Shown here: positions 48,173-58,584 of the stretch, piece after piece
How the letters are laid out: every line of letters starts with the position of its first letter
How positions within the stretch are numbered: position 1 is the stretch's first letter
Assembly (NCBI GenBank): GCA_965204735.1
Contig: OZ242008.1
Span: 832,001 to 896,000, forward strand
Direction of reading: 5' to 3'
Length of the DNA: 64,000 bases
DNA from: Longimicrobiales bacterium
GTDB taxonomy: Bacteria; Gemmatimonadota; Gemmatimonadetes; Longimicrobiales; Gaopeijiaceae
Made by a program: the position numbers and the translations under genes
The notes under the pieces: generated by a model
The model's input: the letters and a program-made list of their open reading frames with translations, nothing else
Told to the model about the DNA's origin: nothing
The model's database searches: none

Positions 48173-49231
48173 CTACGAGACTCCGGTTGGGAACACGGCG
48201 ACGCGAACGCCGTTCAGGGTCTCCCAGACCGCCAGAACGGAGTTGCCGGACACGAAGACCGTTGGGACGCGGTAGACGAGCCTGCCGTCGGCCAGCGCGA
48301 ACACGCGATCGAAAGGCGGAAGCCGCCGCGGCACGAGCACGCGAGCGCCCACGGCCCCGGCGGCGTCCCGCAACCGATCCTCGACAGCCTTCGCGCTCCG
48401 TCCGGAAACGGGCAGGCGTCGAAGCCAGTCGTGGCAAACGCTCCTGGTCGCTTCGGCAGCAACGGGCTGCGCACGGACCGCGAACACGTCCAGGCACTCC
48501 GCGTTCGCATCCCCAAAGACGAAGCCCTCGGGATGCGCGCTCATGACGGGCACGAACCCAAGGTCCGCCACGAAACCCCTTCCTGCAGGAGAGCGCGAAG
48601 CAACCAGCCGCACGTCGCCGTCGTCGCTCGCGAGAAACACCCTTGCGACCACGCCCCGCAACGGGCTTGCGCACTGGACCAGGAGAAGAAGGCCGCGCGA
48701 GACGGACTCGATCCCGATCGTGCGCGGCGCCAAGCACCCGTCGAAAGCCAGTCGGCGGTCGGCGACCGACCCGCCGGCGAAGTCGTACAAGCGCACGACT
48801 CCACGGTCGGCCACCGCGACGGTGCCCCGATGCACCGCGATCGCGGTCGGCGAAGAGAGCTCTCCGGGACCTTCTCCCGGCCCTGCGAAGCTTTCGAGCA
48901 ACGCGCCCGTCTCGTCGAACCGGTGAACGCGCCGTCCCCGCCCGTCGAGCAAGAACCAGACGGAATCGGCAGCGGCCGCATCTGTCGCCGACACGACGCT
49001 CGCACGAACTAGGCCGCCGGGCGCCGCCGCCGCGCCTGCCGACAGCGCCGACCCGACTTCCGGCTCTGGCGGGAGGCTCGACCGACCGGCGATCGAGGTC
49101 AGCAAGCTCCACCCGACAGCAAGGGCCGCACCAACCCCCACGATCGACACGGCGACGGTCGCAAGCGTCGTTCGAGGAGCGCCGGCGTTCTTGCGGCTGC
49201 GAAGCTCGGTCGGTGCGCGCTCGGCTGTCAC
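48173..49231 (-). CDS. membrane-anchored 6-bladed beta-propeller (NHL-like) protein; start uncertain
   Basis: N-terminal TM; FAGPGEGPGEL..P, VAVAD. Confidence 0.6.
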   Translation of the reverse strand: MTAERAPTELRSRKNAGAPRTTLATVAVSIVGVGAALAVGWSLLTSIAGRSSLPPEPEVGSALSAGAAAAPGGLVRASVVSATDAAAADSVWFLLDGRGRRVHRFDETGALLESFAGPGEGPGELSSPTAIAVHRGTVAVADRGVVRLYDFAGGSVADRRLAFDGCLAPRTIGIESVSRGLLLLVQCASPLRGVVARVFLASDDGDVRLVASRSPAGRGFVADLGFVPVMSAHPEGFVFGDANAECLDVFAVRAQPVAAEATRSVCHDWLRRLPVSGRSAKAVEDRLRDAAGAVGARVLVPRRLPPFDRVFALADGRLVYRVPTVFVSGNSVLAVWETLNGVRVAVFPTGVS

Positions 49232-49321
49232 TGGCGTCCAGGCACTCGTCCTTCGGCATGAAGGGCGACTTGCCTCCCACGGTACCACGGCGCCGATTCT
49301 CCTGCAATCCGAAGGTTTTAG

Positions 49322-49370
49322 TTGACTTCCGGCAGCAGTTGTCGCCATACTCTCCTAACGAATTAGGAGA
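49322..49370 (+). promoter_or_regulatory. promoter with overlapping palindromic operator for the BlaI-family repressor
   Basis: TTGACT-18 bp-CATACT, followed by the perfect inverted repeat TCTCCTAA-cgaa-TTAGGAGA (49351-49370). Confidence 0.6.
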
Positions 49371-49398
49371 CACGCCCCGGAGACGCGGAGCCGAGCCG

Positions 49399-49776
49399 AT
49401 GGACAGGGTGCTCACCCGACGGGAGATGGACGTGATGTCGATCCTGTGGGAGACGGGATCGGCCACCGCCGCGGAGGCCACCGAGCGGATCGAGGACGAC
49501 CTGGCCTACAACACCGTCCTGACGATCCTCCGCATCCTGGAGAACAAGGGGTTCGTGGGACGCCGGCAGGAAGGGCGCGCCCACCGCTACCACCCGCTGG
49601 TGGAGCGGGCCGAAGCCGGACGGTCGATCGTCGCGCGCCTGCGGGACAAGGTGTTCTCGGGCTCCGCGGAACAATTGATGACTCACCTGGTATCAGAGGA
49701 ACAGCTGTCGCCGGACGCCGTGAGGAGGCTCCGCAAGCTGCTGGACCAACGCCTCGAGGAGGAGGAAGAAAAATGA
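49399..49776 (+). CDS. BlaI/MecI/CopY family repressor
   Basis: LTRREMDVMSILW..LAYNTVLTILRILENKGFV..FSGS. Confidence 0.9.
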   Translation: MDRVLTRREMDVMSILWETGSATAAEATERIEDDLAYNTVLTILRILENKGFVGRRQEGRAHRYHPLVERAEAGRSIVARLRDKVFSGSAEQLMTHLVSEEQLSPDAVRRLRKLLDQRLEEEEEK

Positions 49777-51128
49777 TCGCTGCATGGATGCTCTGGTCCG
49801 TCGGAGCGGGGATGCTGTTCGTGGTCGCGGCGCTGGCCGCCGAACGGCTCCTGAGCAGGGGCCGCCGCTGGGCGTGGGCAGGGGCCGCCGCCGGCACCGT
49901 CGCGCTCCCCGTCGCCCGCTTCCTGGCGGGCGCAGGCGCACCCCCGGACGCCCCGCCCGCCGCACTCCCGCTGGCCCTGGAACCGCTGGCCGCGACCGTC
50001 GCCGGCGACTCGGTCCTCCACTCGCTGGACGGGACGCTGCTGGCGGCGTGGATCGCGCTCTCGTCGTGTCTCGCGCTCCGGGTGCTGCTGGGAGCCGCCC
50101 GGCTCGCCCGCCGCCGCCGGTCGTGGCGCGCCGGCGCCCTGCACGGCCGCAAGGTCTTCTGGGCCCGCAGCGCCGGTCCCGCCGTGGTGGGGCTCGCGAC
50201 TCCCCGGATCGTGCTGCCCGAATGGGTGCGCGCCGCCGACCCCGCCCGCCAGGAGCTGATCCTCGCCCACGAAGAGGAGCACATGCGCGCCCGGGACGTG
50301 CAGCTCCGCTTCTTCGCGGGTCTCGCCCTGCTGGCGTTTCCCTGGAACCCGGCCATCTGGTTCCAGTGCCGCCGTCTGGCGATGGCCGTCGAGATGGACT
50401 GCGACCGCCGCGTCGTGGCCAGGATGCCCCGTCGGCGCCGCCTCTACGGCGCCCTTCTGCTGGAGGTGGGCGCGCACGCCGGGCGAGCGCCGGGCGCGGC
50501 GACGGCGGCGATGTCCGAGCCGCGCTCGTTCCTTGAGCGCCGCCTGCGCAACCTGCTTGCGAGATCGCCCCAGGCGCGGCTCGCCCAAGCCGCCCTGCTG
50601 GCCTTCGCCACCGTGTTCGCCGTCGCCGTGGCCGTAAGCATCCCCGGCATAGGTCGCAACGCCGGCGACGCGCTGCCGGAGACTCTCGCGCCGCCGGCCG
50701 CCACCCCCGAGGCGCCGCCGGCGCCCCCCGCGGCGCCCGCCCCGCCGCCGCCCGCCCCGCCCGCCGAGACGGACGTCTCCGCCAAGCCCACGTTCACGCC
50801 GTACACGACGCCGCCCCGCTTCCTCGATCCTGCCGAAGCACGGCAGAGGGTGCAGCTCGAGTTCCCGCCTCTGCTCCGGGACGCGGGGGTCGGCGGCACC
50901 GCGCGCGTCCACATCTTCGTCGACGCGCAGGGCAGGGTGGTCAAGGCGGAGCTGGACAAGGGCTCGGGCCACGCGGCCTTGGACGCAGCCGCGGTACGGG
51001 CCGCCGGCTCCTTCGCCTTCTCGCCCGCGGAGCACCGGGGCGAGGCGGTGCCGGCCTGGATCGCCCTGCCGATCACCTTCGCGGTGGCCTCCCGCGAGTC
51101 AAGCCGGCCGCCCGGCGGTCCGGAGTAG
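49773..51128 (+). CDS. BlaR1-type M56 metallopeptidase with Pro-rich linker and TonB C-terminal domain
   Basis: GPAVVG, LAHEEEH (HExxH), PWNP, EMDCD; C-terminal FVDAQG..SGHAALDAAA..F.PA. Confidence 0.85.
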   Translation: MIAAWMLWSVGAGMLFVVAALAAERLLSRGRRWAWAGAAAGTVALPVARFLAGAGAPPDAPPAALPLALEPLAATVAGDSVLHSLDGTLLAAWIALSSCLALRVLLGAARLARRRRSWRAGALHGRKVFWARSAGPAVVGLATPRIVLPEWVRAADPARQELILAHEEEHMRARDVQLRFFAGLALLAFPWNPAIWFQCRRLAMAVEMDCDRRVVARMPRRRRLYGALLLEVGAHAGRAPGAATAAMSEPRSFLERRLRNLLARSPQARLAQAALLAFATVFAVAVAVSIPGIGRNAGDALPETLAPPAATPEAPPAPPAAPAPPPPAPPAETDVSAKPTFTPYTTPPRFLDPAEARQRVQLEFPPLLRDAGVGGTARVHIFVDAQGRVVKAELDKGSGHAALDAAAVRAAGSFAFSPAEHRGEAVPAWIALPITFAVASRESSRPPGGPE

Positions 51129-51234
51129 AGTCCACAAGCGAAACGGCACACGCCTCTCCCAAGTCCGCCGCCATCCGAGAAAACTCGCCGCCCGCCACCG
51201 AGGTGCGCGAGCCCGCCTCCGCCCGCTCCCGGCC

Positions 51235-52443
51235 ATGCCCATCCCCCCCGAACCGCCCCAGGCGCCGCTGACCTTCGCCCCCCGGCTGAAGGACTACGTC
51301 TGGGGCGGCCGCAACTTCGAGCGCCTCTTCGGCCGCGCCCTTCCGTCGGGCGTGATCGCCGAAAGCTGGGAGGTCTCCGCCCACCGCTCCTCGCCGACGC
51401 GCGTGGACGAAGGTCCCCTGGCGGGCGTCTCGCTGCCGGAGCTCTTCGCCTGCTGGGGAACCCGGCTGGCCGGCCGTCGGGCGGCCCAAGCGGTGGATCG
51501 CGGCGCCTTCCCGCTCCTCTTCAAGCTGCTGGACGCCAACCAGGCGCTCTCCGTTCAGGTCCATCCCGACGACGCCCGCGCCGCGGCCCGCCACCCCGGC
51601 GAGACCGGCAAGACCGAGATGTGGTACGTCCTCCACGCCGAGCCGGGCGCCCACGTCGTCCTCGGCTTCGTCCCCGGCGCCGACCCGGCGACCCTCCGAC
51701 GCGCAGCCGTCGAAGGCCGCATCGAGCCCTACCTGAACCGCGTGCCCGTCCGCCCCGGCGACGCCGTGCTCGTTCCCGCCGGCGCCGTCCACGCGGTCCT
51801 GCCCGGCATCGTGCTGGCGGAGATCCAGCAGAGCTCCGACGTGACCTACCGCTTGTACGACTGGGGACGGCCCGGCCCCGAGGCCGGCGGAAGAGAGCTC
51901 CACCTGGAGCAGGCGCTGGCCGCCGCCGGCTTTGGACACGCCGACGCGCCGGCCGCCGGCTCGCCGCAGTCGCCGCCGCCGGGCGTGCAGAAACCGGTCC
52001 TCGTGGAGGAAGCGGAGGGCGTGCGCCGCGAGACGCTGGCCGCCTGCGAGAACTTCGTCGTGGAGCGCGTAGTTCTCGACCCCGGCGCCGCCTACGAGGG
52101 CACGCTGGACGGCGAGACCTTCGAGGCGTGGGGCGTGGTGTCCGGCTCGGCGACGGTCGCCCCGACTGCCGACCGGCGCCGTCCCGCCGCCCCGCCCTGC
52201 CGGCTCGACGCCGTCCGCTTCGCCCTCCTCCCCGCCACGATGGGCGACTTCCGGGCCACCGCCGCGCCCACGTCCGCCGCCGCCCCCACGGTCGCCCTCC
52301 GCACCTACTTGCCGCCGCCCCTTGCGCAGGCGGCCGCTGAGTTGCCGACCGGCGAAGGCCCCACGGTCGCCCTCCGCACCTACTTGCCGCCGCCCCCCTG
52401 TCAGTGCCCCGCCAGGGACTCGAACCCCGAACCTGCCGATTAA
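51235..52443 (+). CDS. manA: type I mannose-6-phosphate isomerase; C-terminus duplicated and running into the antisense tRNA
   Basis: VWGG, AESWE, LSVQVHPDD, GKTEMW, VHA, EIQQSSDVTYRLYDW. Confidence 0.85.
   Translation: MPIPPEPPQAPLTFAPRLKDYVWGGRNFERLFGRALPSGVIAESWEVSAHRSSPTRVDEGPLAGVSLPELFACWGTRLAGRRAAQAVDRGAFPLLFKLLDANQALSVQVHPDDARAAARHPGETGKTEMWYVLHAEPGAHVVLGFVPGADPATLRRAAVEGRIEPYLNRVPVRPGDAVLVPAGAVHAVLPGIVLAEIQQSSDVTYRLYDWGRPGPEAGGRELHLEQALAAAGFGHADAPAAGSPQSPPPGVQKPVLVEEAEGVRRETLAACENFVVERVVLDPGAAYEGTLDGETFEAWGVVSGSATVAPTADRRRPAAPPCRLDAVRFALLPATMGDFRATAAPTSAAAPTVALRTYLPPPLAQAAAELPTGEGPTVALRTYLPPPPCQCPARDSNPEPAD
52284..52396 (+). repeat. perfect 38-bp direct repeat (period 75) duplicating the manA C-terminus PTVALRTYLPPP
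   Basis: 52284-52321 is identical to 52359-52396. Confidence 0.9.
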
Positions 52444-52477
52444 GAGTCGGATGCTCTACCAGTTGAGCTAGCAGGGC
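52405..52477 (-). tRNA. tRNA-Lys(CTT), CCA not encoded
   Basis: GCCCTGC TAGCTCAACTGGTAGAGC A TCCGA CT-CTT-AA TCGG..GGTTCGAGTCC..GCGGGGC A cloverleaf. Confidence 0.95.
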
Positions 52478-52589
52478 CGCACTGTTCCGAAAATGGAACG
52501 GGCAATATACACTATCCGCCGACCAAGGGAACCTCCGGCCGAGCATCCAGGGACCCGGGCCGGGAAACGCCTGTCACCCGGAGCCGCCG

Positions 52590-54005
52590 ATGTTCTTCAA
52601 GCAGGTCGTCGACGAGAAGCTCTCCCAGTACGCCTACGTCGTGGGCTGCCAGCGCACCGGCGAGGCGCTGGTGGTGGACCCGCAGCGCGACGTGGACCGC
52701 TGCGTGGAAGCCGCCGGCCGCGAGGGGCTGCGGATCGTCGCAGCCGCCGAGACCCACATCCACGCCGACTTCCTCTCCGGGTGCCGCGAGTTCGCCGAGC
52801 GCCTGGGTTGCCGGGCGTACCTCTCCGGCGAGGGCGGCGAGGGCTGGGAGTACGAATGGGCCGAGGGGAACGAACGGGCCGTCGTGCTCCGGGACGGGGA
52901 CCGCTTCTCCGTGGGCGGCGTGGAGGTGCAGGCCGTCCACACGCCGGGCCACACCCCGGAGCACATGAGCTTCCTGATCACCGACCGGGGCGGTGGCGCG
53001 TCCGAGCCCATGGGGATGCTCTCCGGCGACTTCGTCTTCGTGGGCGACCTGGGCCGCCCCGACCTGCTGGAGTCGGCAGTGGGGCGCTCCGGGGCCATGG
53101 AACCGTCGGCCCGGCGGCTCTACGCTTCGGCCAAGGGCGTCTTCGAGCTTCCCGAGTACCTGCGGATATGGCCCGGTCACGGCGCCGGAAGCGCTTGCGG
53201 CAAGGCCCTCGGGGCCGTCCCCGACACCACCGTCGGCTACGAGACCCGCCACAGCCCGGCGCTGGCCGCGGTCCGCAGCGGCGAGGACGCCTTCGTGGAG
53301 TACATCCTGGACGGCCAGCCCGAGCCCCCCGTCTACTTCGCCCGCATGAAGGCGCAGAACCGGCAAGGTCCTCCGCTCCTGGGCGACGTTCCCCGGCCCC
53401 GACGCCTCGCGGGCGGGGAGCTTGCGCGCCTCCACCGAGAGGGCGCGTCCCGTTCGCCCGACCGCCTCGTCGTCGTCGACACGCGCCCCGACCGCACGGC
53501 CTACTACGCGGCGCACGTCCCCGGCTCGATCTACGCGCCCCTCGACAAGTCGTTCCCCACGACGGCCGGCTGCTACGCGGACCCGGACGAGGAGATCGCT
53601 CTGCTCTGCCAGGAAGCGGAGGTGGACGACGCGGTGCGAAGCCTGGTCCGAATCGGCCTCGACAAGATCGCGGGATGGATTCGGCCGGAGGCGCTGGACG
53701 ACTACGCCGCCGCCGGAGGTCCCCTGATCTCGTCCGAGGAGCTCCGCATCTCCGAGGTCCGCCGCCGCCTCGGCAACCCTCGCTTCTGCGTCCTGGACGT
53801 GAGGACCGCTGCGGAGCACGCCGCCGGCCACATGAAGGGCGCAATCAACATCTCGCACACGCGCTTGGCCGAACGCACCGACGAGCTCCCCCGGGACAAG
53901 CGCCTCTTGGTCCACTGCCTCAGCGGCGGACGGGCGTCGGCGGCGGCGTCCTTCCTGGAGCGGGCGGGCTTCGCGGCCAGCCCCGTCAACGACTTCTTCC
54001 GATGA
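52590..54005 (+). CDS. MBL-fold hydrolase (persulfide dioxygenase-like) with two rhodanese domains
   Basis: ETHIHADF, HTPGHTPEH, GRPDL, PGHGAGSACG, HCLSGGRA. Confidence 0.88.
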   Translation: MFFKQVVDEKLSQYAYVVGCQRTGEALVVDPQRDVDRCVEAAGREGLRIVAAAETHIHADFLSGCREFAERLGCRAYLSGEGGEGWEYEWAEGNERAVVLRDGDRFSVGGVEVQAVHTPGHTPEHMSFLITDRGGGASEPMGMLSGDFVFVGDLGRPDLLESAVGRSGAMEPSARRLYASAKGVFELPEYLRIWPGHGAGSACGKALGAVPDTTVGYETRHSPALAAVRSGEDAFVEYILDGQPEPPVYFARMKAQNRQGPPLLGDVPRPRRLAGGELARLHREGASRSPDRLVVVDTRPDRTAYYAAHVPGSIYAPLDKSFPTTAGCYADPDEEIALLCQEAEVDDAVRSLVRIGLDKIAGWIRPEALDDYAAAGGPLISSEELRISEVRRRLGNPRFCVLDVRTAAEHAAGHMKGAINISHTRLAERTDELPRDKRLLVHCLSGGRASAAASFLERAGFAASPVNDFFR

Positions 54006-54910
54006 AGCGCCGGACGCCCCGGCGACCGCTAGCCGCTCGTTCTCTCGCGACGGCCTCCGGGGCGGCGCTGCCGGCCTGCCTCCTCGCAGCGTTGCCGGGG
54101 GTCGCCCAAGCCCAGACCGACCAGCCCTGGCGCTTCTCCGGCGACCTCAGCTTCGTCCAGACCGGCGGCAACGCCCAGTCGTCCACCTTGGGGCTGGCGG
54201 CCACCGTCTTCCGAAGCGGGGAGAGCGCCGAGCTCAAGGTCGAGGCGGGCGGCGTCAGGACCCGCACCACCCGCACCGAACGGACGGCCCGGGGCACGGC
54301 GGACGCCTACCGGGTCGAGGAGCGGTCGGAGAGCAGGGTGTCGGCCGAGAACTACTACCTGCGGTTGCGGCTGGACTTGACGCTGTCGCGACGGTCCACG
54401 GTCTTCGGCAAGTCCGACTGGACCAGAAACACCTTCGCCGGCGTGGCCGCCCGCTACCTGACCGCCGCCGGCATCTCGACCCGCTGGATCCAGAGGGAGG
54501 AGTGGCGGCTGCGCACCAGCTACGCCGCGACGTACACCTTCCAGCGGGACGTGGTCGCCAACCCGGCCACCGACGACAACTTCGTCGGGCTGCAGCTGTC
54601 GGCGGACCACTGGCAGCGCCTCGGCGACGACACGGAGTGGACCAGCACCCTGGTGATCGACGGCAACGGGCTGGACCTGCCCGACGTCCGCGGCGACTGG
54701 ACCAACGCCCTGAGCGTCGCCGTGACCGACAGCTTCGGGCTCAAGACCACTTATCGCCTGCTCTTCGACAACCGCCCGGCGCTGGCCAGCCTGCCGCTGG
54801 TGTCGCCCACCGAACCTGTGTCGCCCACTGAAGAGCCCGCCGGCGCCGTGTCCGTGGCTCGACGCAAGCTCGACCGCGTGCTTACCCTGGCGGTGGTGGT
54901 GACGCTGTAG
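54002..54910 (+). CDS. DUF481-like outer-membrane beta-barrel protein
   Basis: Signal peptide, GGNAQSST, amphipathic strands, FDNRP. Confidence 0.7.
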   Translation: MKRRTPRRPLAARSLATASGAALPACLLAALPGVAQAQTDQPWRFSGDLSFVQTGGNAQSSTLGLAATVFRSGESAELKVEAGGVRTRTTRTERTARGTADAYRVEERSESRVSAENYYLRLRLDLTLSRRSTVFGKSDWTRNTFAGVAARYLTAAGISTRWIQREEWRLRTSYAATYTFQRDVVANPATDDNFVGLQLSADHWQRLGDDTEWTSTLVIDGNGLDLPDVRGDWTNALSVAVTDSFGLKTTYRLLFDNRPALASLPLVSPTEPVSPTEEPAGAVSVARRKLDRVLTLAVVVTL

Positions 54911-54953
54911 GGCGCGCGCGCCGCCCCTGCGCCGTCGCGTACGCGCCCGGCGG

Positions 54954-55646
54954 TCAGTTCCCCTCCCGGGAGCTGGTCCGCGCTCCCTGCACCGGGCTCG
55001 GTTCTCGACCAGCCCGCAGGCCGAAATCCTCTCCTTCCACGTAGGGCTCGCCGAAGCGCAGCAAAGTGGTGAGGGGGTTGTGTCCCGGCTGGATCGTGAC
55101 GACGTAGAGCCGGTCGTACTCCATCTCGTGAATCGGACCCGACGGATCGCCTCCCAAGGCCGCCGTCAGCTCGGGCGTCGTGTTGCTGTGGCCGACCACC
55201 AAGTGTCGCCCGGGCGAGGCCCTGATCGCGGCAGCCACCGCCGCCAACTCCCCGGCGTCGTAGATCTGCGGCTCGAGCCCGGCGGCCTCGGCGATCGGCT
55301 GCGCTGTTCCCCGCGTGCGCTTCCAGTCCGTCGTGTGGACGTGGGTCAGGACGACGTCGGCCAAGAGCGCCTGCAGGATCCGCACCCGAATCTGGCCGGC
55401 CACGGCCAGCGGAGGGTCGTTGGTTCCGTCGTCCGCCTTTTCGGCGTGGCGAACCAAGTAGACGACGACCGGTCCTTGCGGGCTCGGGCTCGGGAGGATC
55501 GCCTGGGTCGTCGCGCCCGCGGTCGGCGACGGCGCGAGGGCAGGGACGAAGACGCCTGCGACGAGGAGGAGGAAGAAGCGAAGGGGAGCGCAGCCGGCAA
55601 CCGCGGAGGCGAACGGGAAGGTGGGGGCGAGGAGGGGCGGCGTCAT
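54954..55646 (-). CDS. histidine phosphatase (SixA/PGAM family), exported
   Basis: LVRHAEK, RTRGTA, VVGHSNT. Confidence 0.85.
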   Translation of the reverse strand: MTPPLLAPTFPFASAVAGCAPLRFFLLLVAGVFVPALAPSPTAGATTQAILPSPSPQGPVVVYLVRHAEKADDGTNDPPLAVAGQIRVRILQALLADVVLTHVHTTDWKRTRGTAQPIAEAAGLEPQIYDAGELAAVAAAIRASPGRHLVVGHSNTTPELTAALGGDPSGPIHEMEYDRLYVVTIQPGHNPLTTLLRFGEPYVEGEDFGLRAGREPSPVQGARTSSREGN

Positions 55647-55834
55647 CCGGGGCAGCTTTTTCTGGGCTTGGCAACGGGACCACTTGCGGCGAACGGGGCT
55701 TACACTATGACACATATGTTTCCAAACGGCAAGCAAAATCTTCGGGAGGGCCTGTTGGAGGCAAGCGAAGCCGGGAGCCGTCCGCGTTCCGCCCACTGGT
55801 CGGGCGCCCCCTTCCGTGCGACCTTGGAAAGCGA

Positions 55835-56244
<410 letters not shown>

Positions 56245-56392
56245 TTCGCCGACCGTCGCCGGCCGGAGTCCGCCCCCTTGACCCGGAGCCGGCGATTTAG
56301 GATCATTGTTGCCCGGCCCGCCGCTTGCGGGTCTGGATTTCTCGCAGGTCGCGACGCTTCCGCCGGGTCGCGGCTCGCGGGTTTCCACCTCG

Positions 56393-56466
<74 letters not shown>

Positions 56467-56500
56467 CTGGGCCGCGCGTCCCATCTCCAGACCGCTTGCG

Positions 56501-57265
56501 CTACGTCGCTTCCTCGGCGCGGGCGTCTCCAGGGTGGCTCCGCGCGCGTCGCAGACGCACGGGCGAGGCCGCCCGCGCCCGCAGGTTCAGCATCTCCACG
56601 AAGATCGAGAACCCCATGGCGAAGTAGATGTAGCCCTTGGGGACGTGCTGGCCGAAGCCCTCCGCGACCAGGATCATCCCCAGGAGCAGCAGGAACGACA
56701 GAGCCAGCATCTTCACGGTCGGATGGTCGTTCACGAAGCGCGAGACCGTCGTGGCGGAAGCCATCATCACCACCACGGCCAGCACTATGGCGATCACCAT
56801 CACCATGAAGTCGTCCGCCAAGCCGACCGCGGTGATCACCGAGTCCAGCGAGAACACCATGTCCATGACGGCGATCTGGAGGAGGACCGCGCCGTAGCCC
56901 GCTCGCTTGGTCGAGTCGCCGTGCCCTTCGTCCCCCTCCAGCCGGTGGTGGATCTCCCGGGTCGACTTCGTCAGGAGGAAGAGGCCGCCGCCCACCAGGA
57001 TCAGGTCCCGCCCGGAGAAGCCGCGACCGAAGAGCTCGAACCACGGCTCGCTCAGCCGCATGATCATGGAGATCGTTCCCAGGAGCGCGATCCGGGTCGC
57101 CATGGCCAGCAGCAGCCCCACCCGGCGGGCGCTCGCTTGCTGGCTTCGGGGAAGCTTGTCGGCGAGGATCGAGATGAAGACGATGTTGTCGATTCCCAGG
57201 ACGATCTCAAGGACCGCCAGGGTTGCCAATGCGATCCAAGCTTCGGGGCTTGCGATCCATTCCAT
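56501..57265 (-). CDS. TerC family membrane protein
   Basis: LEIVLGIDN, DMVFSLDSVITAVG, VPKGYIYFAM. Confidence 0.92.
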   Translation of the reverse strand: MEWIASPEAWIALATLAVLEIVLGIDNIVFISILADKLPRSQQASARRVGLLLAMATRIALLGTISMIMRLSEPWFELFGRGFSGRDLILVGGGLFLLTKSTREIHHRLEGDEGHGDSTKRAGYGAVLLQIAVMDMVFSLDSVITAVGLADDFMVMVIAIVLAVVVMMASATTVSRFVNDHPTVKMLALSFLLLLGMILVAEGFGQHVPKGYIYFAMGFSIFVEMLNLRARAASPVRLRRARSHPGDARAEEAT

Positions 57266-57414
57266 CTTGGGAGCGGTCCTTGTGGCAGGAGGAGCGGGGG
57301 GTTGAACTGGGCGACGGCGGCTGAACGCCGAAGCCCGGTTGCACTCCGCCGAAAGGGAGTCGGTGGGAAGGTAGTCCATCGCTGCGACCGCAACAGAACA
57401 AGGAGCAGGGAACC

Positions 57415-57834
57415 ATGGCCGGCTACTCGGGTACGCCTTTGGCAAGGAAGCTGGGAGTTCGGAGCGGCAGCAGAGTTGGATGGGACGGCGCGCCGGCCGG
57501 GTTTCGGGCGTCGCTGGACCTGCCGCCGTCGGTGGTCGTCGATCTCGGGTTCGACAAGGAGCGAAGATGGGACGTGATCGTCGCCTTCGTTGCGGAGTCC
57601 GGCACGCTGGCGCTGGCGCTGGAGCGCTTCCCGCCGCTGATCCGGTGGGACGGCGGGCTGTGGCTGGCTTGGCCCAAGCGGAGCAGCGCCCTCGCCGGGG
57701 AGCTTCGGGACTCCCACGTCCGCCGAGCCGGGCTGGACGCGGGGCTCGTGGACAACAAGGTGTGCGCCGTGGACGAGGACTGGTCCGCGCTGCGGTTCGT
57801 GTACCGGAGGGCGGATCGGCCCAAGCAGCCTTGA
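57415..57834 (+). CDS. DUF3052-family protein
   Basis: MAGYSGTPLARKLG, WLAWPK, GLVDNKVCAVDEDWSALRF. Confidence 0.8.
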   Translation: MAGYSGTPLARKLGVRSGSRVGWDGAPAGFRASLDLPPSVVVDLGFDKERRWDVIVAFVAESGTLALALERFPPLIRWDGGLWLAWPKRSSALAGELRDSHVRRAGLDAGLVDNKVCAVDEDWSALRFVYRRADRPKQP

Positions 57835-57948
57835 CGGTCGCCCGGAGCGGGGCGGTGGGATGGCCGCGGGGGGTGACGGCCCCCGGCTCCGGGGGATGGC
57901 GGACCCGGTCCCGGACGCCGACATTTGCAGCATCGAGAGGAGGATGCC

Positions 57949-58584
57949 GTGGGAGCGCTTGAGAGAAGCGGGACGCCCCGAAGGCGGGCCCGGACTCGGC
58001 CGGCCAGCGGCCCGGGGCCGACGACCGGGACCTTGCAGCCCCCGGTGGTGCGTCCGGCGGCCGTGGTCTTGGCGGCGCTCGGGCTTCTGGCGGCGGCGCG
58101 GGCGCCGTCGGCCGCCCAGCAGGGAGACGCGCGGGACGAGTACCTGCGGGCCGCGGCCGAGCACTTCCGGTTCTCGCCTCGGGAAGTCTCCGTGCTGACC
58201 CGATGGGGACTCTCGGCCGACGAGATCCCGGTCGTGCTCTTCGTCGCCCGGCAAGCGGGCGTGTCGCCGGACGTGGTGGTGGCGCGGCGCCGGCAAGGCG
58301 GAAGCTGGATGGAGATCGCGACGGGCTACGCGATTCACGCGGGGAACTTCCACGTGCCCGTGCAGGGCGCGCCGGGCTTCCTCGCCGACGCCTACGAGCG
58401 CTTCGACGCGGTGGACGCGTCCCAGTGGAGCACCGTGCGCCTCTCCGACGACGAGGTCGTGGGGCTGGTGAACGTTCGCTTTCTCGCCCGCCACTTGAGC
58501 ATCTCCGCCGGGAGGGTGCTGGGCGAGCTGGCCCAAGGCGACGTCGTGGAAGGCTACCGGCGCCTCCGGGGCGGCGGCCGTTGA
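57949..58584 (+). CDS. exported hypothetical protein
   Basis: GAGGAGG upstream; hydrophobic signal-like segment; stop overlaps the next start. Confidence 0.55.
   Translation: MGALERSGTPRRRARTRPASGPGPTTGTLQPPVVRPAAVVLAALGLLAAARAPSAAQQGDARDEYLRAAAEHFRFSPREVSVLTRWGLSADEIPVVLFVARQAGVSPDVVVARRRQGGSWMEIATGYAIHAGNFHVPVQGAPGFLADAYERFDAVDASQWSTVRLSDDEVVGLVNVRFLARHLSISAGRVLGELAQGDVVEGYRRLRGGGR

Noticed and set aside
52284..52396. 38-bp repeat with a 37-bp spacer looks like a minimal CRISPR array
   Set aside because: Only two copies, it encodes the ManA C-terminus in frame, and there are no cas genes in the window.
55668..55688. Sigma54-like TGGCA..TTGC upstream of rnpB
   Set aside because: The spacing between GG and GC does not fit the -24/-12 consensus.
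57266..57414. Possible yybP-ykoY (Mn2+) riboswitch upstream of the TerC gene
   Set aside because: The context fits, but I could not find the conserved core motifs; an Rfam covariance search would be needed.
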